DNA of 64,000 nt from Spirochaetales bacterium (GTDB taxonomy: Bacteria > Spirochaetota > Spirochaetia > Sphaerochaetales > Sphaerochaetaceae), in NCBI GenBank assembly GCA_022788185.1, contig JALEVV010000018.1, forward strand, positions 3,625 through 67,624, read 5' to 3'. Each line of letters opens with the position of its first letter. The first letter of the stretch is position 1. This document shows positions 1 through 8,478 of the stretch, piece after piece. The notes beneath the pieces were generated by a model that saw only the letters and a program-made list of their open reading frames with translations, was not told the DNA's origin and ran no database searches. The position numbers and the translations under genes are program-made.

Positions 1-2290
1 TTCTGTGAAGATATATCCTTCCTGTGGGGGCGGGGAAGGTAAATGATACCTTCAGCGATGCAGAAACTCCGTCATCCTTCAGGTCCTGAAGCAGATCTTT
101 TTCATACAGGGACGATAGCTCAAGATCATAACAGTGATTGCCTTTAGGGGTTACTCCTGCACCCAGGACTCTTAGTGCAGAACTCACAAAGGACTCGGTA
201 TCCTTGTCAGAACCGAGAATTTCCTTTTCCTCGTTGAGGATTTCCATTACCTCTCCTGAGTGTATTTTGCCCTGTGCAAAAATGGTTCTGTTTCGTTTTG
301 CCTTTTCATAGGCATCCTGCCACGGCTTTTCAAGATTCGCTTCAATATCTTCAGCTTCACCGAAATCAAAGTAAAGCTGACCGGTTTTATCAGACTTCTC
401 CTTAAGCAGTGTTGCCTGCATCAGGGCATTTCTGATCGCCTTACCATCTTCGGGCACTGGGACAAGTACTCCAAGACTGTTTCTGATGTCCTGAGCTTTT
501 CTCAATATAACTTTGAAGATAAGTCCGTCTATCGGGTTATCGGAACCATAGAGCATTATGCATTTCACATATTTTGCGCTCTGTCCGAATCTGTCTATTC
601 TTCCTTCCCTCTGTTCATGTCTTGTCGGGTTCCAGGCAAGGTCATAGTGAATTACTGCGGTAAACTGGTTCTGGAGGTTTATTCCTTCTGAGAGACAGTC
701 TGTTGCAACCAGGATCGGATGATCCTTTTCAAGCATGGCATTGACTCTTTCTTCCCTTTCCTCGCTGCTCAGTTCTCCCGTGATCACTTCGACATAACGT
801 GAAGGAAATACTTCTCTCAGTTTGTCACCGACATAGTTGGCGGTTGCAATGTATTTGCAGAAGATGATCGGAGTATATCCTGTCTCACTGTACTGATCTT
901 TTTTAAATATCTGTTTTTTAAGTACATCAACGAGAAGATTGAACTTGGGATCCTCAAGCTCTCTGAGAATGTGTGCCCTTTCCAGAAGATCCCTTACTTC
1001 ATTTTTCATGGAAGATGAGAGGGAAATGTCCAGATCCTGCGGTGCATCGGATAAAGTATTGTCAAACAGTGAAGAGTATTCATCTTCCAGTGAATCATCC
1101 TCATCCCCGCTGATGTTTCTGAGTCTGGTTTCAAGCGCCTTTATTGCCGAGGCTGGGGATGAAGCGATGCTTCTGTACAGTGCAAGAATTGCATACCAGA
1201 TTGCTGTATTATGTTCAGCAGTCCTGAACTTTTTGCTCAGTGATTCGCAGTATTCTCTGACATCATCGAAGAACTCTTTCCATTCATTATTGAATCTGTA
1301 CGTGAATTCATTTGTCAGCCTGTGTGCAAAGTTCGGATTGTCTGAAAATGCATCAAGATCCTTCCGCTGACGCTGGACCATGTGCTTTGCAAGCTCCTTC
1401 CTGAGTTCGCTGTCCTTTACGTCATCATCTGCCAAAGCACTGAATCTGGGATCGATAAGGGCAAGCAGGTTTGCAAATGCCACCTGATCACCGGAGTGGG
1501 GCGTGGCAGTAAGGAATATCATGTGCCTTGTCTTTTTTTCAGCAAGAGTCTGTAGCAGTTCATATCTCAGATGTGTCGGAGCGCCAGACTTTTCAGTACA
1601 TGAGTGGGCTTCATCAACTATTATCAGATTGGGAGCCGTATGGGCAAAGTTATCGCGTCTCTTCTGGTTTTTGATGTAATCAAGAGAGATTACCGTGACC
1701 GGGTAGTACTCTGTAAGACTCATTCCCGCGGGAACTTTCTTTTCGAGAGAATAAACGGAAGAAGCCGTAATTGCAGTTGCATCAAGATTGAAGTGATCCC
1801 TCAGCTCACTTACCCACTGTGAGACAAGATGGGAAGGGCAGAGAACTGAGAATCTTTCGATTTCATAGCGGGCCATCATCTCTTTAGCGATGAGACATGC
1901 TTCGATTGTTTTACCCACACCGACATCATCTGCAATGAGTATTCTTACCGTATCCATTGCAAGAGCCATGAGAAGGGGAGTGAGCTGGAAAGAACGTGGC
2001 TCAACAGCAATGCTTCCTATTGATCTTATAGGTCCGGTACCGCTTTTCAGCCTCAGGATTGAAGCTGTCCTGAACATGGCACTGTCTGAAAAAGCTCCAT
2101 GGTTCTGAGGATCAGGGAGTGTAAATACCGTTTCCCGGACAGGCTCTTTTTCCAGTGAAGGAATAAGATAGACGACATCATCATCACTTCCGGTAAGGGG
2201 CCTCAGACAAAGCATATCCTCCGTTGAGCCTGACTGTATGATCCAATCCCTTCCTCTTGCATTAATCAGAAAACCCGGTGTGCAGTTCAT
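1..2290 (-). CDS. SNF2/RapA-like superfamily-2 helicase, first 763 codons only (gene continues beyond the left window edge)
   Basis: Absent from the supplied ORF track because it is open at the window edge. Hand translation from ATG 2290 gives an uninterrupted frame down to position 2: MNCTPGFLINARGRDWIIQSG... Frame checked at positions 1933, 1618, 649 and 4. Motifs in that frame: ADDVGVGKT (Walker A), IIVDEAHS (motif II), FLTATPHSGD (motif III), VATDCLSEGINLQ (motif V), HYDLAWNPTRHEQREGRIDRFGQ (motif VI). An AGGAG lies 7 nt upstream of the ATG. The start is 12 nt after the stop of the upstream helicase. Confidence 0.85.
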   Translation of the reverse strand, partial: MNCTPGFLINARGRDWIIQSGSTEDMLCLRPLTGSDDDVVYLIPSLEKEPVRETVFTLPDPQNHGAFSDSAMFRTASILRLKSGTGPIRSIGSIAVEPRSFQLTPLLMALAMDTVRILIADDVGVGKTIEACLIAKEMMARYEIERFSVLCPSHLVSQWVSELRDHFNLDATAITASSVYSLEKKVPAGMSLTEYYPVTVISLDYIKNQKRRDNFAHTAPNLIIVDEAHSCTEKSGAPTHLRYELLQTLAEKKTRHMIFLTATPHSGDQVAFANLLALIDPRFSALADDDVKDSELRKELAKHMVQRQRKDLDAFSDNPNFAHRLTNEFTYRFNNEWKEFFDDVREYCESLSKKFRTAEHNTAIWYAILALYRSIASSPASAIKALETRLRNISGDEDDSLEDEYSSLFDNTLSDAPQDLDISLSSSMKNEVRDLLERAHILRELEDPKFNLLVDVLKKQIFKKDQYSETGYTPIIFCKYIATANYVGDKLREVFPSRYVEVITGELSSEEREERVNAMLEKDHPILVATDCLSEGINLQNQFTAVIHYDLAWNPTRHEQREGRIDRFGQSAKYVKCIMLYGSDNPIDGLIFKVILRKAQDIRNSLGVLVPVPEDGKAIRNALMQATLLKEKSDKTGQLYFDFGEAEDIEANLEKPWQDAYEKAKRNRTIFAQGKIHSGEVMEILNEEKEILGSDKDTESFVSSALRVLGAGVTPKGNHCYDLELSSLYEKDLLQDLKDDGVSASLKVSFTFPAPTGRIYLHR

Positions 2291-2302
2291 TATCTATCTC
2301 CT

Positions 2303-5300
2303 TTACTGACTCAGTACCATGATGATTATACCTTTTGATTCAAGGTATGTCCTGACCTCCAGAGCGGGCTCGTCCCTGAAGAATGCAGTCTTGGCTCTGT
2401 TGCTGTATAGGGGAATTGTATATTTCCCATTCATGATCACTTTATCCTTTATAAGATCAGCAATGGATTCCGGTGATGAATCTGAAGCAAATATCATGAG
2501 ATCGTCGTCGTAGCGGTATAATGACTCAGCCCCAGTATTCGGTTTCGTTATTAAGGCATTTGAGAAGGCAACCAGCAGCTGAATTGCGCCTTCATCATGC
2601 CTGTCAATATACTTATGGTCCGTCTGGTTATAGTATGAAAGCAGACAGCTGTAACAAGCTGATATGCAATCCTGTTTGTCATCCACAAGTTCATCCCTCT
2701 CAAATACATGTCCTTCAGGAACTGTATAGTGCATTATCTCAAGTGCTTTTCTGCATACAGCCCTGAATGCTTCGGGATCTTCCTGAAGTCTTGAGAGTAC
2801 ACCGGCTCCCCCTTCGCTTGCTTCATAGAACATGATCGTTTTCCTGTCGTCAGGATTCGGAAGACTTTCTATTGCCAGTTCAGATTCCTCAATCTGGAAG
2901 ACGGACTCAATACCTCTTGCAAGAGCAGCCTGAAGGGTTGGGATAGTTTTGTCTGTCATATTATCCCCTACGGGGTGAAGCAGGAGTATGTTTTTGCATT
3001 CAGATACAAACGGGACAACCGTTGTTATGGCCTTAGGCTTTGGAAGTTTTTCATCTCCTTCTTCTGTTTCGTCTTCATCAGGTATGGAAGGTGTTGCTTT
3101 TCCCCATATCCCTGTCACGGCATCAATCATGAAGCCTGGGGATGCATCCGTATCCTGGATTCCCTTCCAGCCTTTGTTAAGCTTGAAGATATCAGCCGAT
3201 GGTATGTAGGTTAGATGACCTATTACACTTTTACCATTATCATGGATATCGCTTTTCTGTGTTGGCTTTGTGTAGTCATATGAGAATGAAGTATCTATCA
3301 CATATCCCTTTTTGACTCTTTCCTCTTCCTGACTCGATATCCTGTTCTTTATCCTTGTTTCAATATTCTCGATGCGGAATATATGGGATACTCTGTCCGA
3401 GGCTTCAATTTTTTCACCGCAGTTAGGACAGACATCAAATGGAAGATTATCGCTGTTGTTCTCAGCTATTGTCGCATAGCCACACGATCGGCACTTAATA
3501 AGTGCAGACGTAGAAAGACTTGGTCTGCCTTTGTCATCAATTGTTGCCGATGAAGTGTTGAGCTTCACTTTGTATACCTCAAATGCATTGCCTTCGTGGT
3601 ATATCAGGTTAAGCGGGCCGAACTCCGACAAGGCCAGGAATCTGGCACGGGAAATGGACATTCCCTTTTTCACTGATTCTTCTTCATTCAAGGCTTTGGT
3701 ACTGAAAGCAGGAATCCAGGCCCTGATCGGGAGACGTGGGAAGTTATAACCGGGGAAGAGCCCCTGGCCTGCCAGATATCTGAATATGTAGAAGTCCGAC
3801 ATAGGGGAATTCATGGATATGTCTTTGCTGGTAAGCAGATTGAGCTGGTTAACTGACTGCGTGTATACATTAAGGAAATAGTCTCTTTCCTTTTTGCTCA
3901 GTCTGGCGCTGTTGGTTTTACTGTGGGCATCATACTTTGCGGCCTGTACGTCAGCAACAAGTTTCTTCCAGCTGTCAAATGAATCCTGGAACCGCAGGAA
4001 GGCACTGCCCATAAATTCTTCTTCATATCCGTCATGGTACCATGGAGTTTTTTCCTCAGTAAGGATGCCAGCTCTTTTCAGTGCTGATGAATAGTACTTC
4101 ATTTCACTGACTGCCCTGTCTTGCAGCATTGGATCATTCAGAGCCTGAATGATTTCATCCTGAAGATGATAACTTCCGTCTTCACCCTCATCCATGATTT
4201 CGATGATCGAAGAACCCATGTGATAGCCTGAAAGACTGAACCACACAGCCATCATATGACTGTTGAACAGCTCCTGGTTCGAAAGGTCTATCTGCGGTGC
4301 GGATACAGCTCCGCTTACCATGTCGTTTCTGTTATTGAAATACCACTGATCATGTGGGCTATTCGCGGTAGCATATGAGACAATGAGTGCTGCGCTTCCG
4401 CTTCGTCCGGCACGTCCTGATCTCTGAGCATAGTTTGCCGGAGTAGGGGGAATATTTCTTAGGTAAACGGTATTCAGGCTGGAGATATCAATACCAAGTT
4501 CCATTGTGGGGGAACAGAAGAGTACTGGCAGTTTCTTGAATCCATCTTCTCCCCTGAATCTTTTTTCAAGGTACTGACGGTCGCTGGAGGGGACCTGTGC
4601 GGTATGTTCTTTTGCTTCATAGCTCAGCAGGTCAAGTCTTTTTTCGATCAGGCTGTCAGATGCCTTTTCATATAAACCTGAGTAATAGTCGTTTGCCCAC
4701 CTTTCAAAGTCTGGCTTTCTGCTTCTGCGCAGTGAAAATCTGATGATATCTGCTTTTAACTGATAGAATGTTTCATCCGGCTTGTGTGGAACAGTATTAC
4801 TTACAGCCATACCGCAGTTAGTGGCAAAATCCAGGGCTTCAATTAGAATTTCCCTTATACACTGATTCTTTTCCCCCGGTCTCATGCGCTGGAATCTTTC
4901 TGCCTGAAATATGGTTAGTTTCTTTATTTCCCTACCGATCTTTGATGCGGTGGAGAGCGTGAGATATCTGAAATCGTATGTCTTTTCTTCCTTTATCTGC
5001 TTTGCGGACATGGTAGTTATCCTGTTTCCGAGCATAGGAGTGGTTTCCGATAACTGATATCTTTCATTGAAGAAATCCTCGCAGGTTTTTTTTATCCTGT
5101 TGAGATTGTCCTGCCTGATTATATTGGAATATATGCATGTGTTTGCTGTCAGAGTATCAAACAGCCTGTTCATCAGAATCCTGAACTCTTTTTCCGTGAA
5201 TCTGCTTAGAAGCTGATATTTCTGTCTCGACTCTTCCTTTATCATCTCTTCAAACCCTTCATATGAGATATCTATGAATCCAAGATGATAAAGAGATGGA

Positions 5301-7435
5301 TTGGCGTAATACCATTTCCTGTTGAGGTCCATCAGGAAGCGGTATGAAAAAAGATCCTTTGCCGCCATAAGAGGTTTTGATTTTGCATAACTGGAAAGGT
5401 TTGGATTCTGAAACAGTTCTGTCTGAGCTTCATCATTCCGTATATCGGAAAAACCTATTATATCGAAAATGGAATCTGTCAGATCATCAGTACTTAGCGG
5501 TATGTCGGAATTCTTCAGTGCAGATAAGGCTGCAGAGCGGATTATTATCTTGCTCATGAAGTCATTGAAATGCCCAGCCTGCAATGCCGCATCCTGTCTG
5601 TTGTCAACAAATCCCAGTACTTTCCTGTCTTTTTCACTGCTGTCGGAAAACATCTGGTTAAGGATGTTTATGACTATCATAGTTGAGGAACTGCTACGCC
5701 CCTCTCCGGACAGACCGCTCAGTTTTGTTCTTTCGCTTGTAGTTGCTTCATGTTCTGAAAGGCACCCGGGGCAGAATTTGAACTTGCCCTTTATGAAGTA
5801 GAACTCTTCTCCTGAACCTTCAGTACCGTCAAGGTTTATACGTACTTTCTCCGGAAGCTTGTCCTGCTTCTTTATTGTGTAGTCCAGTTCATCACCTTCA
5901 ACGAATGATTCAGGGAGCCCTTCAAACTCTTCTGGGTTGTATCTGAGATCTCTGAGAGGAACCAGATATCCTGACTCTGTATCAGACTCTTTGGACATGA
6001 ATTCCATGAGTTCCCGCGGTTCAAATCCGCTGTCGGTGCGGTTGACCGGAATGATTTCCTGTCCGCAGTCGCGGCAGAAATAGGTTTTGAATAACCTTAT
6101 TGTTTTTTCGGGGTTTGCATAAAGCTGTTCATCAACAGTCACAACTCTGCTGCCCTCAGGACCGAGCGAAAGCATCAGACTTCCCGGACCGCTTATGAAC
6201 TGGTGAAGCTTGAAGGCAAAAAGGGGCTGGTTCACACTGTTCATGACACCTGAAGCATGAAGCAGGTAGTCGTTAATGTATTGCTCTGCTTTTAAAGAAT
6301 CCATTCCTGAATCCTTGCTGAAAGAAGAGTATATTTTATCCAGGGATTTAGGTGTCGCCCTGACATATTCCCCTGAGTCATCTTTGTTCATGCTCAGCTC
6401 GCTTTCTATCCATACTGACATTGGATCGCGGCAGAGTTCTGAATAATCAGAAGAGAAGGGGATGCCACTGTTGACGCGTTCACGCAGCCTTGTTTTCAGA
6501 TTTGAGTCAAACGAACTGTCTGTTACTCTTGAGAGGACTTCGCCGATAATGTCGTCTGATGAGAATTCAGTATCAAATATCTCAGAAGCTATTCTCGCAA
6601 CAGCTTTTTTCCTGTCTTCGGCAGTACCGATACTTGTCATTGTAGCTGACGTGCCGATACAGATCGCATTTTCGGCTTTCAGCCTTCTCTTGAGCCTGCG
6701 CATGAGCATTGCAACATCAGCGCCCTGCCTTCCCCTGTAGGTATGCAGCTCGTCCATGACTATGAAGCGTACATCTTCAGCATTATCCAGGAGTTTTTGC
6801 TCATGCGGATCATTCCTTGTCAGTATGAGTTCGAGCATCATGTAGTTCGTAATGAGGATGTCCGGCGGGGTTGATGATATCCTGCGTTTTTCAGAAAGGT
6901 CTTCCTGTCCCGTATATCTTTCAACGGTTATCCCCGCCTCTGGATAATTGCTCAGAAATTTATTGATCTCTTCAAACTGGCTGTTTGCCAGGGCGTTCAT
7001 CGGGTAAAGGATGATTGCGGTTGTCCTGCATTCAGTTGTTCTGTTTTTGAGAATGTAATCAACTATGGGTATGAAGAAAGACAGACTCTTTCCTGAACCA
7101 GTACCTGTTGTCAGTATGTAGCTCTTTCCCGCAAGTGCTTTCTGTATGGCGTTTTCCTGATGATTGAACAGTCGTAGGGACTGCCCGTTCCATGGATTTA
7201 GGAAGATCTTCGCACAGTCAGAATGAAGAATGCCGTTTTGAGAAAGTTTTTCCACAGTCTGTCCCGTTTTGTAGTGGGGATTGATCTGTAGGAGTGGATC
7301 AGGCCAGTACTTCTTTTTATAGAATTCCGCGTTAATGTAATCATGTATGTCTTTGGCCTTTGGGTCCACAAAGCTTTTAGAGAAATCAGTAAACTCTTTT
7401 ATGAGATTGTTTCTTACATCAAATACGTTCTTCAT
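2303..7435 (-). CDS. Giant DExH-box SF2 helicase fused to a C-terminal DUF1998/MZB zinc-binding domain (DrmA+DrmB-like or DruE-like)
   Basis: ORF track 2303..7453 (1716 aa). Numbering on that protein: GTGSGKS 117-123, DELH 234-237, SAT 269-271, FVDNRQDAALQ about 615-625, MELGIDIS about 984-991, QRSGRAGR 1010-1017. DUF1998-type features: PGYNFPR 1234-1240, CRSC 1321-1324 with CPNC 1342-1345, FYEASEGGAGV 1542-1552, CISACYSC 1596-1603. The likely true start is ATG 7435 (MKNVFDV...), which has GAGGG 7 nt upstream. ATG 7453 has no RBS. Confidence 0.9.
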   Translation of the reverse strand: MKNVFDVRNNLIKEFTDFSKSFVDPKAKDIHDYINAEFYKKKYWPDPLLQINPHYKTGQTVEKLSQNGILHSDCAKIFLNPWNGQSLRLFNHQENAIQKALAGKSYILTTGTGSGKSLSFFIPIVDYILKNRTTECRTTAIILYPMNALANSQFEEINKFLSNYPEAGITVERYTGQEDLSEKRRISSTPPDILITNYMMLELILTRNDPHEQKLLDNAEDVRFIVMDELHTYRGRQGADVAMLMRRLKRRLKAENAICIGTSATMTSIGTAEDRKKAVARIASEIFDTEFSSDDIIGEVLSRVTDSSFDSNLKTRLRERVNSGIPFSSDYSELCRDPMSVWIESELSMNKDDSGEYVRATPKSLDKIYSSFSKDSGMDSLKAEQYINDYLLHASGVMNSVNQPLFAFKLHQFISGPGSLMLSLGPEGSRVVTVDEQLYANPEKTIRLFKTYFCRDCGQEIIPVNRTDSGFEPRELMEFMSKESDTESGYLVPLRDLRYNPEEFEGLPESFVEGDELDYTIKKQDKLPEKVRINLDGTEGSGEEFYFIKGKFKFCPGCLSEHEATTSERTKLSGLSGEGRSSSSTMIVINILNQMFSDSSEKDRKVLGFVDNRQDAALQAGHFNDFMSKIIIRSAALSALKNSDIPLSTDDLTDSIFDIIGFSDIRNDEAQTELFQNPNLSSYAKSKPLMAAKDLFSYRFLMDLNRKWYYANPSLYHLGFIDISYEGFEEMIKEESRQKYQLLSRFTEKEFRILMNRLFDTLTANTCIYSNIIRQDNLNRIKKTCEDFFNERYQLSETTPMLGNRITTMSAKQIKEEKTYDFRYLTLSTASKIGREIKKLTIFQAERFQRMRPGEKNQCIREILIEALDFATNCGMAVSNTVPHKPDETFYQLKADIIRFSLRRSRKPDFERWANDYYSGLYEKASDSLIEKRLDLLSYEAKEHTAQVPSSDRQYLEKRFRGEDGFKKLPVLFCSPTMELGIDISSLNTVYLRNIPPTPANYAQRSGRAGRSGSAALIVSYATANSPHDQWYFNNRNDMVSGAVSAPQIDLSNQELFNSHMMAVWFSLSGYHMGSSIIEIMDEGEDGSYHLQDEIIQALNDPMLQDRAVSEMKYYSSALKRAGILTEEKTPWYHDGYEEEFMGSAFLRFQDSFDSWKKLVADVQAAKYDAHSKTNSARLSKKERDYFLNVYTQSVNQLNLLTSKDISMNSPMSDFYIFRYLAGQGLFPGYNFPRLPIRAWIPAFSTKALNEEESVKKGMSISRARFLALSEFGPLNLIYHEGNAFEVYKVKLNTSSATIDDKGRPSLSTSALIKCRSCGYATIAENNSDNLPFDVCPNCGEKIEASDRVSHIFRIENIETRIKNRISSQEEERVKKGYVIDTSFSYDYTKPTQKSDIHDNGKSVIGHLTYIPSADIFKLNKGWKGIQDTDASPGFMIDAVTGIWGKATPSIPDEDETEEGDEKLPKPKAITTVVPFVSECKNILLLHPVGDNMTDKTIPTLQAALARGIESVFQIEESELAIESLPNPDDRKTIMFYEASEGGAGVLSRLQEDPEAFRAVCRKALEIMHYTVPEGHVFERDELVDDKQDCISACYSCLLSYYNQTDHKYIDRHDEGAIQLLVAFSNALITKPNTGAESLYRYDDDLMIFASDSSPESIADLIKDKVIMNGKYTIPLYSNRAKTAFFRDEPALEVRTYLESKGIIIMVLSQ

Positions 7436-7471
7436 ACAGTATCCCTCTCCCATGCTGAATCAGATTTTAAA

Positions 7472-7480
7472 ATTATAACA
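7472..7480 (-). promoter_or_regulatory. Possible extended -10 promoter element (TGTTATAAT) for the helicase/SNF2 pair
   Basis: The minus strand reads TGTTATAAT, 37 nt upstream of ATG 7435. It follows a weak hairpin (about 7573..7598) located after the 256-aa gene. I found no convincing -35 box. Confidence 0.35.
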
Positions 7481-7610
7481 TTCATTGAATTCGGAATAAA
7501 CCTTTTGTAACATGGTTGAAACTGAAGATTCAGGTTTTTGTTTTCCGGTAAATCTATATGTAATTCTGATGAAAGAGGGACATATTACAGCCCCTCTTCG
7601 ATATAATGTT

Positions 7611-8381
7611 TCAGTCTTCATCGTAACACAGTACTTCAACACCGTCTGATTCATCAGAGGAGAACCTCTTCAGGGTTTTTGCAGTCTTAAGTTTTATGTA
7701 AGCCGCTTCAGTTACCATTTCGTAATAAATCGGACACATTTCATTGGCAGTTGCGCAGTGTATGCTTTCGCCGTACTTTTTTACGGCATTTGCCTCTGCC
7801 TCTTCTTTTGTCATCCCGACAGAAAGAACATTTGTGTGTACCATAGGAGGACAGACAGTGACTGAGTAGCATACCCATCCGTAGGGCTTACTGTTGTCGT
7901 GCTTTGCCAGAAATGCTTCCTTTGATGAGAGTTTCTTTTGAAGGAAAACTACAGGCTCGTTACCTGAAAACTCAACAACAACGACGTTTGAGCTTTTCCT
8001 CTTTGTTTCCGTACCTGTTTCTGGATCTCTGGTGTAAATATATGACTGAGTGATTTTTGTAACCTCTCCGCCATTGACGAATCCGCGGCATGAAGTTCCC
8101 AGTACTACTTTTCCTTTGAATACAACTTTATCTCCGAGGCTCACAGGCTGTCCAACTGCATCTGTGGCAGCATTCTTCGGTGCCTTTCTGTCTTCAATCT
8201 TTACGATCTTGTTAAAGCGGCCCTCCATTGCCAAAGTGGAAGTGCTGCTATTCTCAAAACATGCCCTTCTGTTTTCGATGGATCTAATCCTGTCTTTGAT
8301 GATGTTAATGTCGTATCCCTCAATACAGATGAATCCTACGCAATCGCCGACGCTAATTTCCAAACCTCTGAAGTCTTTCAT
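7611..8381 (-). CDS. Hypothetical protein, 256 aa: two SH3/KOW-like N-terminal repeats and a Cys-containing C-terminal half
   Basis: ORF track. Strong RBS (TAGGAGGAGAAGAA before the ATG). Internal repeat LEISVGDCVGF... / PVSLGDKVVFKG... I recognise no family. Confidence 0.8.
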   Translation of the reverse strand: MKDFRGLEISVGDCVGFICIEGYDINIIKDRIRSIENRRACFENSSTSTLAMEGRFNKIVKIEDRKAPKNAATDAVGQPVSLGDKVVFKGKVVLGTSCRGFVNGGEVTKITQSYIYTRDPETGTETKRKSSNVVVVEFSGNEPVVFLQKKLSSKEAFLAKHDNSKPYGWVCYSVTVCPPMVHTNVLSVGMTKEEAEANAVKKYGESIHCATANEMCPIYYEMVTEAAYIKLKTAKTLKRFSSDESDGVEVLCYDED

Positions 8382-8478
8382 TTCTTCTCCTCCTAACCAG
8401 AATTGGTTTCTTCTCGTTGTTTACACCCTCATGTTAGTCGGTTCAGTCTGATTATTTCATAGCCATAATCTTATATTT

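Noticed and set aside
260-2108. Plus-strand ORFs 260..691, 939..1370, 1604..1822 and 1890..2108 from the ORF track
   Set aside because: All lie antisense inside the hand-translated SNF2 helicase frame, which carries the complete ordered helicase motif set. The plus-strand products are low-complexity (Ser/Leu/Phe-rich) and have no RBS.
7460-7654. 64-aa minus-strand ORF bridging the 256-aa gene and the helicase gene
   Set aside because: It overlaps the 3' end of the 256-aa gene, spans the hairpin and putative promoter, and has no RBS. It is most likely non-coding.
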